Source: Halarcobacter sp. (GTDB lineage Bacteria > Campylobacterota > Campylobacteria > Campylobacterales > Arcobacteraceae). Taken from it: a DNA stretch of 64,000 nucleotides. The notes under the pieces were generated by a model, which had not been told where the DNA came from, made no database searches, and was given only the letters and a program-made list of their open reading frames with translations. Each line of letters opens with the position of its first letter. Positions within the stretch are counted from its first letter, which is position 1. A program made the position numbers and the translations under genes. This document shows positions 29,423 through 39,260 of the stretch, in pieces. Where the stretch lies: contig CP182352.1 in NCBI GenBank assembly GCA_048571215.1, forward strand, positions 1,856,001 through 1,920,000, in the 5' to 3' direction.

Positions 29423-30928
29423 CTATTTTATACCTATTCTTATAGCTTCATCTACCGAGGTTTCACCATTTATTAACATAACTCTTAATTGGTCTTGTAT
29501 AGGTATCATTCCATTATTTGTAGCAAGTTTAAGCAAGGTACTATCATCAACATCACCTTTTAAATACTCTTTTATCTCATCACTTATAACAAAAAGTTCA
29601 CCTAAAGCTACCCTTCCACTATATCCTGTAAAATTACAAGCTTTGCATCCTGTCGCTTTATATATCGTATCATTATCATTTAAATCAAAAATTTCATGGG
29701 AAGCATGAGAAGGTTCAACCTCTTTACACTCTGGACAAAGTTTTCTAACTAATCTTTGTGCTAAAACTGCTAAAAGTGAAGATGAAATTAAAAACTTCTC
29801 AACTCCCATATCAATAAGTCTAGTTACTGCAGCTGTTGCTCTATTTGTGTGTAAAGTTGAAAAAAGCAGGTGACCTGTAAGTGCTGCTTGCACAGAAATA
29901 GATGCTGTTTCACTATCTCTAATCTCCCCCAACATTATGATATCAGGATCTTGTCTTAAAATCGATCTAAGTCCTGAAGCAAAAGTAAGACCAACTTTAT
30001 TGTTCACTTGTATTTGTGAGAACTCATTTGATTTGTACTCAACTGGGTCTTCTATGGTAATGATATTTTTCTCTTCACTTACAACTTGATGTAAAAGTGA
30101 GTGCAAAGTTGTAGACTTACCACTCCCTGTAGGACCTGTTACTAAAACCATTCCATAAGAGTTTTGTACAACTTTTTCAAGTTCATCTGTAATATATTTT
30201 GGAAATCCAAGTTCAGAAACACTAAGCAAATCACCACTTTGCATCAATATCCTCATAACAACTCTTTCCCCATAAAAAGTTGGCAAAACAGATACCCTAA
30301 TATCCAAGGTTTTACCCGCTATTTTTACTTGGGTTCTACCATCTTGAGGAACTCTTTTTTCACTAATATCAAGGTTTGAAACAACTTTGATTCTTGAGAT
30401 TACTAAAGACATAATATTTTTATCTAACTCAATATGTTTTACTAAAACCCCATCAACCCTATATCTTACCTCTGCTTTAAACTCATGCATCTCTATATGT
30501 ATATCTGATGCTTTCTTTTTTATAGCTTGATAAAAAAGTGAGTTTACAAACTTGATAATTGGTGCTGATTCTTCAGAAGTTAAAATATCACTTCCAACTT
30601 TCAAGAACTCACTTATAGAAAAGTCTTCATCTTCTAAAGTTGCATCCTCTTGTTGCTGTTGGATTGCACTCATCTCTTTATCTGTTTTTATCTCTAAAAA
30701 TCTATTGTATAACTTCTCAAAAGAGATATCATCTAAGAAAACAATCTCTTGTTCATAATCACATTTTGATAGATAATCAAAAGAGATACTAATATGTTCA
30801 TTTGATAAAGCAATTACAACTTTTTCATCTAAAGTTGTAAAAAGTACAAAGTTTTTTAGGGCAATATTTATATCTGCTATATCTTCATATGGTGTAAGTG
30901 TTGTATTGTGTATCTCTTTTATATTCAT
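29423..30928 (-). CDS. gspE: T2SS ATPase
   Basis: ASDIHIE, GPTGSGKSTTL, TIEDPVE, LRQDPDIIMLGEIRD, AALTGHL, tetracysteine motif. Confidence 0.95.
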   Translation of the reverse strand: MNIKEIHNTTLTPYEDIADINIALKNFVLFTTLDEKVVIALSNEHISISFDYLSKCDYEQEIVFLDDISFEKLYNRFLEIKTDKEMSAIQQQQEDATLEDEDFSISEFLKVGSDILTSEESAPIIKFVNSLFYQAIKKKASDIHIEMHEFKAEVRYRVDGVLVKHIELDKNIMSLVISRIKVVSNLDISEKRVPQDGRTQVKIAGKTLDIRVSVLPTFYGERVVMRILMQSGDLLSVSELGFPKYITDELEKVVQNSYGMVLVTGPTGSGKSTTLHSLLHQVVSEEKNIITIEDPVEYKSNEFSQIQVNNKVGLTFASGLRSILRQDPDIIMLGEIRDSETASISVQAALTGHLLFSTLHTNRATAAVTRLIDMGVEKFLISSSLLAVLAQRLVRKLCPECKEVEPSHASHEIFDLNDNDTIYKATGCKACNFTGYSGRVALGELFVISDEIKEYLKGDVDDSTLLKLATNNGMIPIQDQLRVMLINGETSVDEAIRIGIK

Positions 30929-30929
30929 C

Positions 30930-32867
30930 TTACATACCCAATATTTTTCTATGTTTCTCTTGGATACTTAGCTCATCATCTTTTTTTGTTTTACTATTTT
31001 TAGATTTATTTAATTTTTCATCCAAATCATGAAGTTTCATATCATAGTTTGTTTTCTCTTGTTGTGCTTTTATTTGTTTTTGTTTTAATCTAATCAATGA
31101 ATTTTTTAAATATCTATCTTCTAAAACTTTTAACTCAGATAATTGTTCTCTAACATAGGTTAAATCTTTTGATTTTGGGATTATATATGGTGTTATTATC
31201 ACAACTAAACTCTTTTTTGTTGAATCGGTTTTATCATGGGTAAATAATCTTCCAACTAATGGAATATCACCTAATAATGGAATTTTACTTTCTGTTGATT
31301 CCTCTTTATTTTGGATGAGTCCACCTAAGATTACACTCTCTCCATTATTTACAATCGCTGTAGTTTTAACCTCTTTTTTTGAAGTATCTGCATTACCACT
31401 GTTTGTTTGTGTTGTCTTTACATCTTCAAGTATTGTATTTATCTCTAAGGTTACTTTATTGTCATTTGAGATTCGTGGTTTCACTTTCAAAGTTAAACCC
31501 ACATCTTCCCTTTGGTAATTTTCATTTGTAGTTCCACCATCAGTTACACTTGAAGAGGTCTTTATAGAAATAGTTTCTCCAACATATATAGAACTCTCTT
31601 TATTGTTTATCGCTAAAATTGAAGGTTCTGATACTATATCCAAAGCTCCATCTTGCTTAAGTAAAGAGATAGATGCCCCTAATGCTAAACCCTCACTTAA
31701 AGTTGGAATAGATAAACCTATTTTTGTTACATCAAAAGCTAAAGCCTCTCCACCATTTAAAGATGAAGCAAAAGTAGCAAGACCACTACTACTTGATTTA
31801 CCACCAAAAATACCATATTTTACTCCAAGTTCATCCACTAAAGAATCATTTAACTCTATAATTCTAGCTTGTACATAAACTTGTGCCTTATCTTTATCAA
31901 GTTGTCCTAAAAGTGTTTTTATATACTCTAATTCATCACTTCTACCCATCAATACTATTGAGTTAGTCTCTTCATCTACAGAAGATAGAGGTTTATCATT
32001 TGGATCTACATAAACTTTTTTCCCAATAATACTATCTATGATTTTTATAACATTTTTTGCTTCAACATTTTTTAGTGGATAAACTTCAACAACCCTTTTT
32101 ATTAAAGAATCATTAGAATCAATTTTTTTAATATATTTTTTTAAATAATCTGTATTTTTCTCATTTCCAATTAAAACTAAAGAGTTATCCTCTTTATTTG
32201 CTATCACATCAACCTTTTCAGTTTCTATTTTTACATCAAAAATAGATTTAACTATTGCGTCTAGATTTTTTTTAGCATCTATTGCAGTTATATTTTTAAG
32301 GGGAATTGTTATCATAGATTTTTTTGCACCTATTGTCATAATTCCAACTATTTTTTTTACTGTTTTTATATTATCTTGAAAGTCAGTCAAAACCAAAGTA
32401 TTTGCTTCTTTATTTGTAACTAACTTTGCATCCTTTGAGATAAGATGTCTTATTTTTGAAGCTATATAATCTACATTTGCATTACTTACTTTAAAAACCT
32501 CTGTTACCATTTGATTGTAGTTTTGTTTTAGTTTTGAAGTTACTACAGGTACATTGTTTTTTGCACTCACATTTAGTTTTACTATTCTTAGAATTTTTCC
32601 ATTATTTATAAGTGTATAACCTTTGTCCTCTAGAACATAAATAAGTATTTTTACTAATTCATCTTTGTTTACAGGCTTATTTGATATAAAATCAACATTT
32701 CCTTTTATATCATCGGTCAATAAAATATTTTTATCAATAATCTTAGAGGTGATTTTAACCAAATCCATAATCTTTAAATCTTTAAAATTTATATTTATTT
32801 TTTCTTCTTGTGCAAAAGAGCCTATTGATAAAAAAACTACTAATAATATAACACTAATCAATCTCAT
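30930..32867 (-). CDS. gspD: T2SS secretin
   Basis: N0/N-domains, QVYVQARIIE, DVGLTLKVKPRI, KIPLLGDIPLVGRLF. Confidence 0.95.
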   Translation of the reverse strand: MRLISVILLVVFLSIGSFAQEEKININFKDLKIMDLVKITSKIIDKNILLTDDIKGNVDFISNKPVNKDELVKILIYVLEDKGYTLINNGKILRIVKLNVSAKNNVPVVTSKLKQNYNQMVTEVFKVSNANVDYIASKIRHLISKDAKLVTNKEANTLVLTDFQDNIKTVKKIVGIMTIGAKKSMITIPLKNITAIDAKKNLDAIVKSIFDVKIETEKVDVIANKEDNSLVLIGNEKNTDYLKKYIKKIDSNDSLIKRVVEVYPLKNVEAKNVIKIIDSIIGKKVYVDPNDKPLSSVDEETNSIVLMGRSDELEYIKTLLGQLDKDKAQVYVQARIIELNDSLVDELGVKYGIFGGKSSSSGLATFASSLNGGEALAFDVTKIGLSIPTLSEGLALGASISLLKQDGALDIVSEPSILAINNKESSIYVGETISIKTSSSVTDGGTTNENYQREDVGLTLKVKPRISNDNKVTLEINTILEDVKTTQTNSGNADTSKKEVKTTAIVNNGESVILGGLIQNKEESTESKIPLLGDIPLVGRLFTHDKTDSTKKSLVVIITPYIIPKSKDLTYVREQLSELKVLEDRYLKNSLIRLKQKQIKAQQEKTNYDMKLHDLDEKLNKSKNSKTKKDDELSIQEKHRKILGM

Positions 32868-33669
32868 AATTTAACTCCACGATTTCATTATTTCTCAAAA
32901 CTTCAATACTTAGATAATCAATATTATTTATCTGATTATAAACTTTAAATGCATCTGCATAAGAGTTCATTTTTGTTCCATTTATTGATTTGATAACATC
33001 ACCTTTTACTAATCCTAATTTTCCAAATACAGAGTTTAGATTTACTCTATCCACTTTAAAACCTTCTATTTTATTACCAACTCTAACATCTGTTATTGCA
33101 ATATTATTCCAAACCTTATCAATATCATTTACATAAGAGTTTAAATAATCCCTTTTTACTTTTATTTTTCCATTTGAGAAACTAATTTTTTCTTTTGTAT
33201 TATTTGATAAATTATTTGTAAGCTCATATTTAACATCTTCATCCGTAGGCAGTTCAAGTTTAAACTCTTTTAGATTTTTTTCAAAAACAATATAAGTTTT
33301 AAATAGCTTTGTTAGAGTATAAGCATTAAACTTTTCATATTGAGCTAAGATTATACTCTTATGTGAAGATTTATCTTCTATTATTGCCCAGCCACCATTT
33401 GTACTAGTTGAGTACACAGCTTTTAATTGATACTTAGAAAGAGTTGCAACTGTTTTAATCTCTTTTGGTTTAGCAACATCACTATTATTTGATAAAGAAT
33501 AAAAACCACTATATTTTTTATAATTTATTGAGACATTATCCTCATCAACAAATTCAACACCACTTTTTGGTAAAAAAATAAAAAGAACTGTATTTAGAAT
33601 ATACGCAAAAAGTATTATATAGATATATATAATCAGTTTTTTATATATAGTATTAGAAACGCTGTTCAT
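32854..33669 (-). CDS. gspC: T2SS GspC-like protein with PDZ domain
   Basis: TM, WAIIE, C-terminal PDZ (FGKLGLVKGDVIKSING); probable start MNSVSN. Confidence 0.82.
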   Translation of the reverse strand: MNSVSNTIYKKLIIYIYIILFAYILNTVLFIFLPKSGVEFVDEDNVSINYKKYSGFYSLSNNSDVAKPKEIKTVATLSKYQLKAVYSTSTNGGWAIIEDKSSHKSIILAQYEKFNAYTLTKLFKTYIVFEKNLKEFKLELPTDEDVKYELTNNLSNNTKEKISFSNGKIKVKRDYLNSYVNDIDKVWNNIAITDVRVGNKIEGFKVDRVNLNSVFGKLGLVKGDVIKSINGTKMNSYADAFKVYNQINNIDYLSIEVLRNNEIVELNYEID

Positions 33670-34180
33670 AATAATACTTCCCATCTTTTAATTTAAACTG
33701 CGATAATAGATTTCTATATTTTGACTTCATTATTGAAGAGGGTTCCAAAATAGCAACAAGTTTTCTATTCAATATATCAACATTTCCATTTAAACTTCCA
33801 AAATCTCCTGAGGCTTTTATATATGCTGTTTTAAAATCTATTATTGAGTGTTTTATAGTTATATTTGATATTTTTTGAGGTAAAAAGTTTTGAAACTCTT
33901 TTGCTACTAAAATATTTTTAAACTCTATTTTTGAATAAAATAAAAGTGTAAAAATATCTATATTTTCAATATATGCGCTTTTTATTTTCTCAAAGTAAAT
34001 AGTAGAATCTTTTACCTGTAATGATATATACTTATCTTTTTTAATCTCATTTGAGATTATAATTGAGTTTTTTTCTAAATTCTTTTCTAGTAGATTAAAC
34101 AACTCAACTTTTGGTAAGAAAACTAAAAAAGCTAAAAGAAAAACTAAAATATATGAGATTGATTTTAATAAAAACTTCAT
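33653..34180 (-). CDS. T2SS GspN-like protein
   Basis: N-terminal TM ending FLP; position in cluster. Confidence 0.55.
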   Translation of the reverse strand: MKFLLKSISYILVFLLAFLVFLPKVELFNLLEKNLEKNSIIISNEIKKDKYISLQVKDSTIYFEKIKSAYIENIDIFTLLFYSKIEFKNILVAKEFQNFLPQKISNITIKHSIIDFKTAYIKASGDFGSLNGNVDILNRKLVAILEPSSIMKSKYRNLLSQFKLKDGKYYYEQRF

Positions 34181-34575
34181 TATCTAAATCCTATTTCTAA
34201 ATATATAGAAGTTTTTTCTAATTCTATTTTTTTTATTATAAATTTATCATTTAACACCCTATTTAAAAACTGTTCTAAAATATTTTGTTTATTTGATTCA
34301 ATTTTTACTTTTATTAGGTTTGAATTTTCACTTTTAAGTATTTTTTCATTTCTAAAACTTGAGCTTTTTAATAATCTATCTAATCTAGTTTTAACTCTAT
34401 TTTTATCAAACCAAGTTGTTTTGTATTCGTTAAAGTTTTTTGCACTTGAATTGATTTGATAATAATCGCTACTCATATTTTCAAAATCACTTTTTTTATT
34501 TATTACTAGTATTATTGAAAGGATAAATATAGTTGCAATAAAAGCTAAAATATATATTGGATTTAGTTTACTCAT
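34180..34575 (-). CDS. T2SS GspM-like protein
   Basis: Single N-terminal TM, 131 aa, follows the GspL-like gene. Confidence 0.55.
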   Translation of the reverse strand: MSKLNPIYILAFIATIFILSIILVINKKSDFENMSSDYYQINSSAKNFNEYKTTWFDKNRVKTRLDRLLKSSSFRNEKILKSENSNLIKVKIESNKQNILEQFLNRVLNDKFIIKKIELEKTSIYLEIGFR

Positions 34576-35495
34576 AATTTAATACTCACTTTTAAAACCA
34601 AAGAGTTTAAACTTGTTGAAATGTCTTTAAATTTTGCTTTTAAGTATGACTCAACTTGTTTTTTATCTGCACCTATATATTCCAAAGAGATATTTTCTTT
34701 ATCTAAAGAAAAAGATTTTAGATTGAACTTTTTGTAAGCTAAAATATAATCGATGGCTTCCCTTTTTTCATCTTCCGATTCTACTACTGTTTTATATCTA
34801 TTTAATATAGATTTTGTTTGAATAGAACTTGCAGGGAGTTTATTTATCTTTTTTGTTTTTTCTATATTTTGCTCTAAGGTATTTTCTTCACTATTATAAG
34901 CAAAATATTTAACCCCATTTAAGATAATCAAGATACCCAAAATGGTAAATATAGAATAATAAAATTTAGTATCTATATAATCATTATAAAGTTTTATTTG
35001 AACCTTATGGTTACTAAGTTTGATATTGTTTAAAACCCTATTTAAATCTACAGTTTCACTTAAAAGTTGATTTGGAACCTTTATTAGTATCTCATCACTT
35101 GTATACATAAACTTTTGATTATCAACCTCAAAGGCATTGAACTCTTTACATTCGTTTTGTGCAAAATAGAGTGAAGAAACATTTGATATGGGTATCATTG
35201 CTTTTTTTATTGCTTCATATACTACTTTATTATTAAAAGCAAAGCATAAATATTGATTATCTTTTAGCTTTTTAACTTGATAAGTTAATGTTGTAGTATC
35301 ATTTACTATATCTTCAAAAAGTGTAGGTAAGACATGTCTTGCTTGAGCTTCTGTTTTAACAGGTATTTCAAACTTTCTAATCCAATAAAACTCTGGGGAG
35401 ATTATGATATCAACTTTTGTGTCTAAAGTTTGCACTAGCTTACTATTTGTTGTCAAAAATATCTTTTTTGTTTCTTTACTTGAAACTAACATCAA
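34572..35495 (-). CDS. T2SS GspL-like protein
   Basis: Cytoplasmic N-domain (IISPEFYW...LPTLFED), central TM, periplasmic tail. Confidence 0.6.
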   Translation of the reverse strand: MMLVSSKETKKIFLTTNSKLVQTLDTKVDIIISPEFYWIRKFEIPVKTEAQARHVLPTLFEDIVNDTTTLTYQVKKLKDNQYLCFAFNNKVVYEAIKKAMIPISNVSSLYFAQNECKEFNAFEVDNQKFMYTSDEILIKVPNQLLSETVDLNRVLNNIKLSNHKVQIKLYNDYIDTKFYYSIFTILGILIILNGVKYFAYNSEENTLEQNIEKTKKINKLPASSIQTKSILNRYKTVVESEDEKREAIDYILAYKKFNLKSFSLDKENISLEYIGADKKQVESYLKAKFKDISTSLNSLVLKVSIKL

Positions 35496-36117
35496 AATAT
35501 TGAACCTCGCCTTCTTTTTTTAATATATAATAAGCACTTGCAGTAGCACTATTGTATTTTACTTTGATATCTAACTCATATAAATTATCTGGTTTAAAAA
35601 ATCCTAGATTATCTTTTATCTTTAATATATCTTTTGAGTAACTTCTTAATATAAAAGTATTTATTATATCATCTAGTTGCTTACTGTTTTCAACTTTAGT
35701 GTCACTGTTTTGAAACTTTTCTTTATATATATCTACTAGATAATCATAATTAAAAACATTGTTATTTGAAAAATACTCTCTTAGAATATTTGAATCTTTA
35801 ACAGCTATATCATTTATATCTACCCTATCATATTTTTTTAACTTAAAAGATAAGTCTAACTCTTTTAGTTTCAGTTTCATAAAACTATCTTCAAAAATAT
35901 CATTTTCTAAAACTTCATCTATATCCTTACTGTTTTGCTTTAGAAGTTTTCCCACCTCTTTTTGAAAATCTTCAATGGAGATAATAACTTGTGTATTATC
36001 TTGAATATAGTTTTGTTTTTGTAAGAATTTATCTGTATCATCTAAATTTTTTACAACCAATAAAGAGATAGCTGTTATAAAAAAAAGTGATATTATAAGA
36101 ACTACACCTTTTTTCAA
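35476..36117 (-). CDS. T2SS GspK-like pseudopilin
   Basis: MKKGVVLIISLFFITAISLL GspK-type N-terminus. Confidence 0.7.
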   Translation of the reverse strand: MKKGVVLIISLFFITAISLLVVKNLDDTDKFLQKQNYIQDNTQVIISIEDFQKEVGKLLKQNSKDIDEVLENDIFEDSFMKLKLKELDLSFKLKKYDRVDINDIAVKDSNILREYFSNNNVFNYDYLVDIYKEKFQNSDTKVENSKQLDDIINTFILRSYSKDILKIKDNLGFFKPDNLYELDIKVKYNSATASAYYILKKEGEVQYFDVSFK

Positions 36118-36120
36118 ATC

Positions 36121-37335
36121 TTATCCTAAATTCATAGAAAATATAGGTAATAACATAGCAACAACAATAAAACCAATAATTGAACCAACAATCAACATAA
36201 AAATAGGCTCCATTAGCGATAACAATAGGTTTATTTTGTCCCTATTTGATTCATTGTAAAGTTTTGCTAGATTGTTTAATATCTCACTTAATCTACTTGT
36301 ATCTTCCCCAATTGCAATTGAATGAATAAAAGACTCATCTAGTTTATAAATTTTGTTTTGAAGTAATAAACTTGAAAGTTTTTTTCCCTCAACAACACTT
36401 TGTGAAGCATCCATAAAAACTTTTCTTATAACTGTGTTTTTTAAAATATTTGCACTTAAGTTTATAGCTTGAACTATAGGTACTCCCGATTTTATCAATA
36501 TTGAGTTCATATAAGAAAACCTTGATAATTCACTGTGCTCTATTAGTTTAGAGAAAAATGGAATTTTCAATAAAAACTTATCAAAAGCATATTTAAACTT
36601 AACACTTTTTTGTAAAGAAAAAACAAAAATAAATATAGCAGAGATTAAACCTGCAATCACAAACTGATAGTTGTTTGAAAAGAAATCTCCCAAGGCTATT
36701 ACTATTTTTGTACTTTGGGGTAACTCTTGGTCAAACTGGGTAAAGATAGAAGTGATTTTAGGAACAATAAAACTCAACATAAATCCAACCATAAAAAATG
36801 AAACAAAAAGTATAAATAGTGGGTATGCCATAGCAGAAGCAACTTGTTTTTTGATTCTATCTTGCTCTTTTAAAAAGATAGATAACTCCATCAATACAGA
36901 TTCTAACAAACCACCATTTTCACTAACCTTTATAGATTGTTTATAGAAACTTGGCAGGGCTAAAACTTTTTGAGACTCCAAAGCATCATAAAACCTTTTT
37001 CCCTCATCTAAGTACCCCTTTACAGTCTCAAAAAAAGTAAAAAGGGTTTTATTGTTTTTGTATCTTTGTTTTAGTAAATTTATAGAACTTATAAGTGTAA
37101 TTCCTGAGTTTAAATATATACTTAAATCTCTACTTATATATGAAAGGGTTGAGAGATCAAGTTTTTTTCTTCTTTTGAAACTTACTTTTCCAAAATCGAT
37201 AGAATCTTCTTTTAAACTAGTGTATAAAATCCCTTTGGCTTTTAATTTAAGCTTTGCATCTTCTACACTACTTGCTTCGATTTTTGATTTTATTTTTAGA
37301 CCACTTTTATCTAAACCACTATACTTATAAAGCAT
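36121..37335 (-). CDS. gspF: T2SS inner-membrane platform protein
   Basis: LNSGITL, SENGGLL, AMAYP, LMEPIFMLIVG...AMLLPIF. Confidence 0.94.
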   Translation of the reverse strand: MLYKYSGLDKSGLKIKSKIEASSVEDAKLKLKAKGILYTSLKEDSIDFGKVSFKRRKKLDLSTLSYISRDLSIYLNSGITLISSINLLKQRYKNNKTLFTFFETVKGYLDEGKRFYDALESQKVLALPSFYKQSIKVSENGGLLESVLMELSIFLKEQDRIKKQVASAMAYPLFILFVSFFMVGFMLSFIVPKITSIFTQFDQELPQSTKIVIALGDFFSNNYQFVIAGLISAIFIFVFSLQKSVKFKYAFDKFLLKIPFFSKLIEHSELSRFSYMNSILIKSGVPIVQAINLSANILKNTVIRKVFMDASQSVVEGKKLSSLLLQNKIYKLDESFIHSIAIGEDTSRLSEILNNLAKLYNESNRDKINLLLSLMEPIFMLIVGSIIGFIVVAMLLPIFSMNLG

Positions 37336-37870
37336 CTTTTACCTCTATTTCCATTTTATCAAACTCATCTAAAATCTCATCAGTAGATTTATAAACCTCT
37401 ATATTATTTGAGATTGACTTTATTAGATATACTTTTTCATCTAATGTATCTAAAACAATATTTTTATGTTTTTTATCTTTATTTATTGTTAATTCAAAAA
37501 ATGGATTATAAGAGATATCATCTATTTTTACTTCTAAAAACTCCATAGGATTTAAGTCTCTACCATACTTATAAACCTTAGGAATTTCATAGAATAAATT
37601 TTGTATTTTTACACTATATTTTTCATTATTATCTATAAAAACATAACAAGGCAAATTCTCTTCTTCAACACATATAAAAGAGATTTGATCCTCATATTTA
37701 AACTTTTGTTCTAAAAACTCTTTTAGATTTTCTAATTTTACTTTATACTCTTTTTCTTTTTTAGGTTGAAAGGAAGAGATAGCTATAAAAGCTATAATAC
37801 CAACTAAGATTAAAACAACCATCATCTCTACTAGAGTAAAAGCGTTTTTCACTCCAATAGATTTTTTCAT
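37325..37870 (-). CDS. T2SS minor pseudopilin (GspH-like)
   Basis: KNAFTLVEMMVVL prepilin motif; follows gspG. Confidence 0.78.
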   Translation of the reverse strand: MKKSIGVKNAFTLVEMMVVLILVGIIAFIAISSFQPKKEKEYKVKLENLKEFLEQKFKYEDQISFICVEEENLPCYVFIDNNEKYSVKIQNLFYEIPKVYKYGRDLNPMEFLEVKIDDISYNPFFELTINKDKKHKNIVLDTLDEKVYLIKSISNNIEVYKSTDEILDEFDKMEIEVKDAL

Positions 37871-38245
37871 CTATTTATTACACTTTGAATAATAAATATC
37901 ATCCTCTGTACTCTCTTTTTTATCTGCCCCAAAAGAGATAAGTTCAAATGAATCTTCGTTTTGAACATATATAAAATCATTGCCCCATGAATCTTTTGGT
38001 AATTTTCCATCATCAAAATATTTTTTCTCAACTAAAATATTTAAGCCCTCTTCTGTAGTAGGATAGCTTGAATTATCTAATTTATAAAGTTTTAAAGCCT
38101 GACTTACACTTTTCATTTGAACACAAACAATCTTTGCTTTTGCCTCTTCACTCTTACCTGTCAAATTTGGTAAAACAAATGCAGCTAATAAACCTAAAAT
38201 AATAATTACAACCATCAATTCCATCAATGAAAACGCTTTTTTCAA
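37871..38245 (-). CDS. gspG: T2SS major pseudopilin
   Basis: KKAFSLMELMVV, LKLYKLDNSSYPTTEEGL, PKDSWGNDFIY, SFGAD. Confidence 0.93.
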   Translation of the reverse strand: MKKAFSLMELMVVIIILGLLAAFVLPNLTGKSEEAKAKIVCVQMKSVSQALKLYKLDNSSYPTTEEGLNILVEKKYFDDGKLPKDSWGNDFIYVQNEDSFELISFGADKKESTEDDIYYSKCNK

Positions 38246-38315
38246 TTCAAATCCTTATAAAAAATAAAAAATATTATATCTAATTTTGATTATATAAAAG
38301 TTACAAAATAGGAAA

Positions 38316-38576
38316 TCACTCTGTATTTTCACTATCTGCTGAATTTTTAAATTTTTCTATTCTTTCTAAAAACTCATCTGACATCTCTTTTGATTTCAAT
38401 AAAAATTCCCTTGAAAAAGAGCATTTTTTTGTATCTGTTTCACTCTCTTTTTGGCACTGTAAAACCTTTTGATTTTCACTGCCATTTTTTTTTAAATTTG
38501 GCAAAATAAATGAAACAATCAAAATCAAAAAAATAATTAAAACCAACCACTCTCTAGTTGAATATGCTTTTTTCAA
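38316..38576 (-). CDS. Short divergent GspG-like protein
   Basis: MKKAYSTREWLVLII...FILPNL...LQC aligns with the GspG N-terminus; AAGGA SD and TTG start as for gspG. Confidence 0.6.
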   Translation of the reverse strand: MKKAYSTREWLVLIIFLILIVSFILPNLKKNGSENQKVLQCQKESETDTKKCSFSREFLLKSKEMSDEFLERIEKFKNSADSENTE

Positions 38577-38627
38577 ACCAAAATCCTTTAGATAAATTTA
38601 TTAGAATTAAAATTAAAACTAATTTTT

Positions 38628-39260
38628 TTATTTCACAAAAAATCCTTCAATAGATTCTATAGAGATAATATTTGGAATACTCTTACTATCTAGTTCATTT
38701 TGAATTATACTATCACTTGATATAGCTTTATACTCTTGATTTACTGAATCATATTTCCAGATAACTTTTACATTTGGGTTATCTGTGAAAAACTGGTTTA
38801 TATCACTTATTGTTTGTGAACCTATCATATTCCATTGGTTCGGTGTGATTGTTATACTATCTGCTAATCCATCACCTAAGATGTTTACTGATGTATCTTG
38901 TGACACTTTTATCCAATACCCATATCCATCTTCTAAACTTGTTAGTGTATTTGAGTTTGAGTTTACATCCCAATCTTTCCATACTCCATTTTGCAAACCT
39001 TTTATTGTTTGAATATAGCTATTATTTAAACTTGAAATATCTATATTTGAGTTTAATTCCAAGGCTACTAGATTCCATCCTGAGATTAGATTTAAAGTAA
39101 ACACTCTTGAATTAGCATCATTTGCCTTTGTTCCATCTTGATACTCTTCCAAGTTTGTTTTCCCATCACTATCTAGGTCGCCATTTGCATCATTTACTAG
39201 TGGATTTAATCCATTTGCTATTTCGTAACTATCTGAGATAGTATCGTTATCATTATCTTG
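38628..39260. repeat. Duplicated C-terminal cassette, copy 1 (copy 2 at about 40532-41156)
   Basis: Hand alignment of 38751-38880 with 40649-40778 shows 4 mismatches in 130 nt. Confidence 0.9.

Noticed and set aside
28496..38245. Type IV pilus or competence system instead of T2SS
   Set aside because: GspG-type head (YPTTEEGL, PKDSWG), PDZ-bearing GspC, N0-type secretin and no PilT fit a T2SS better
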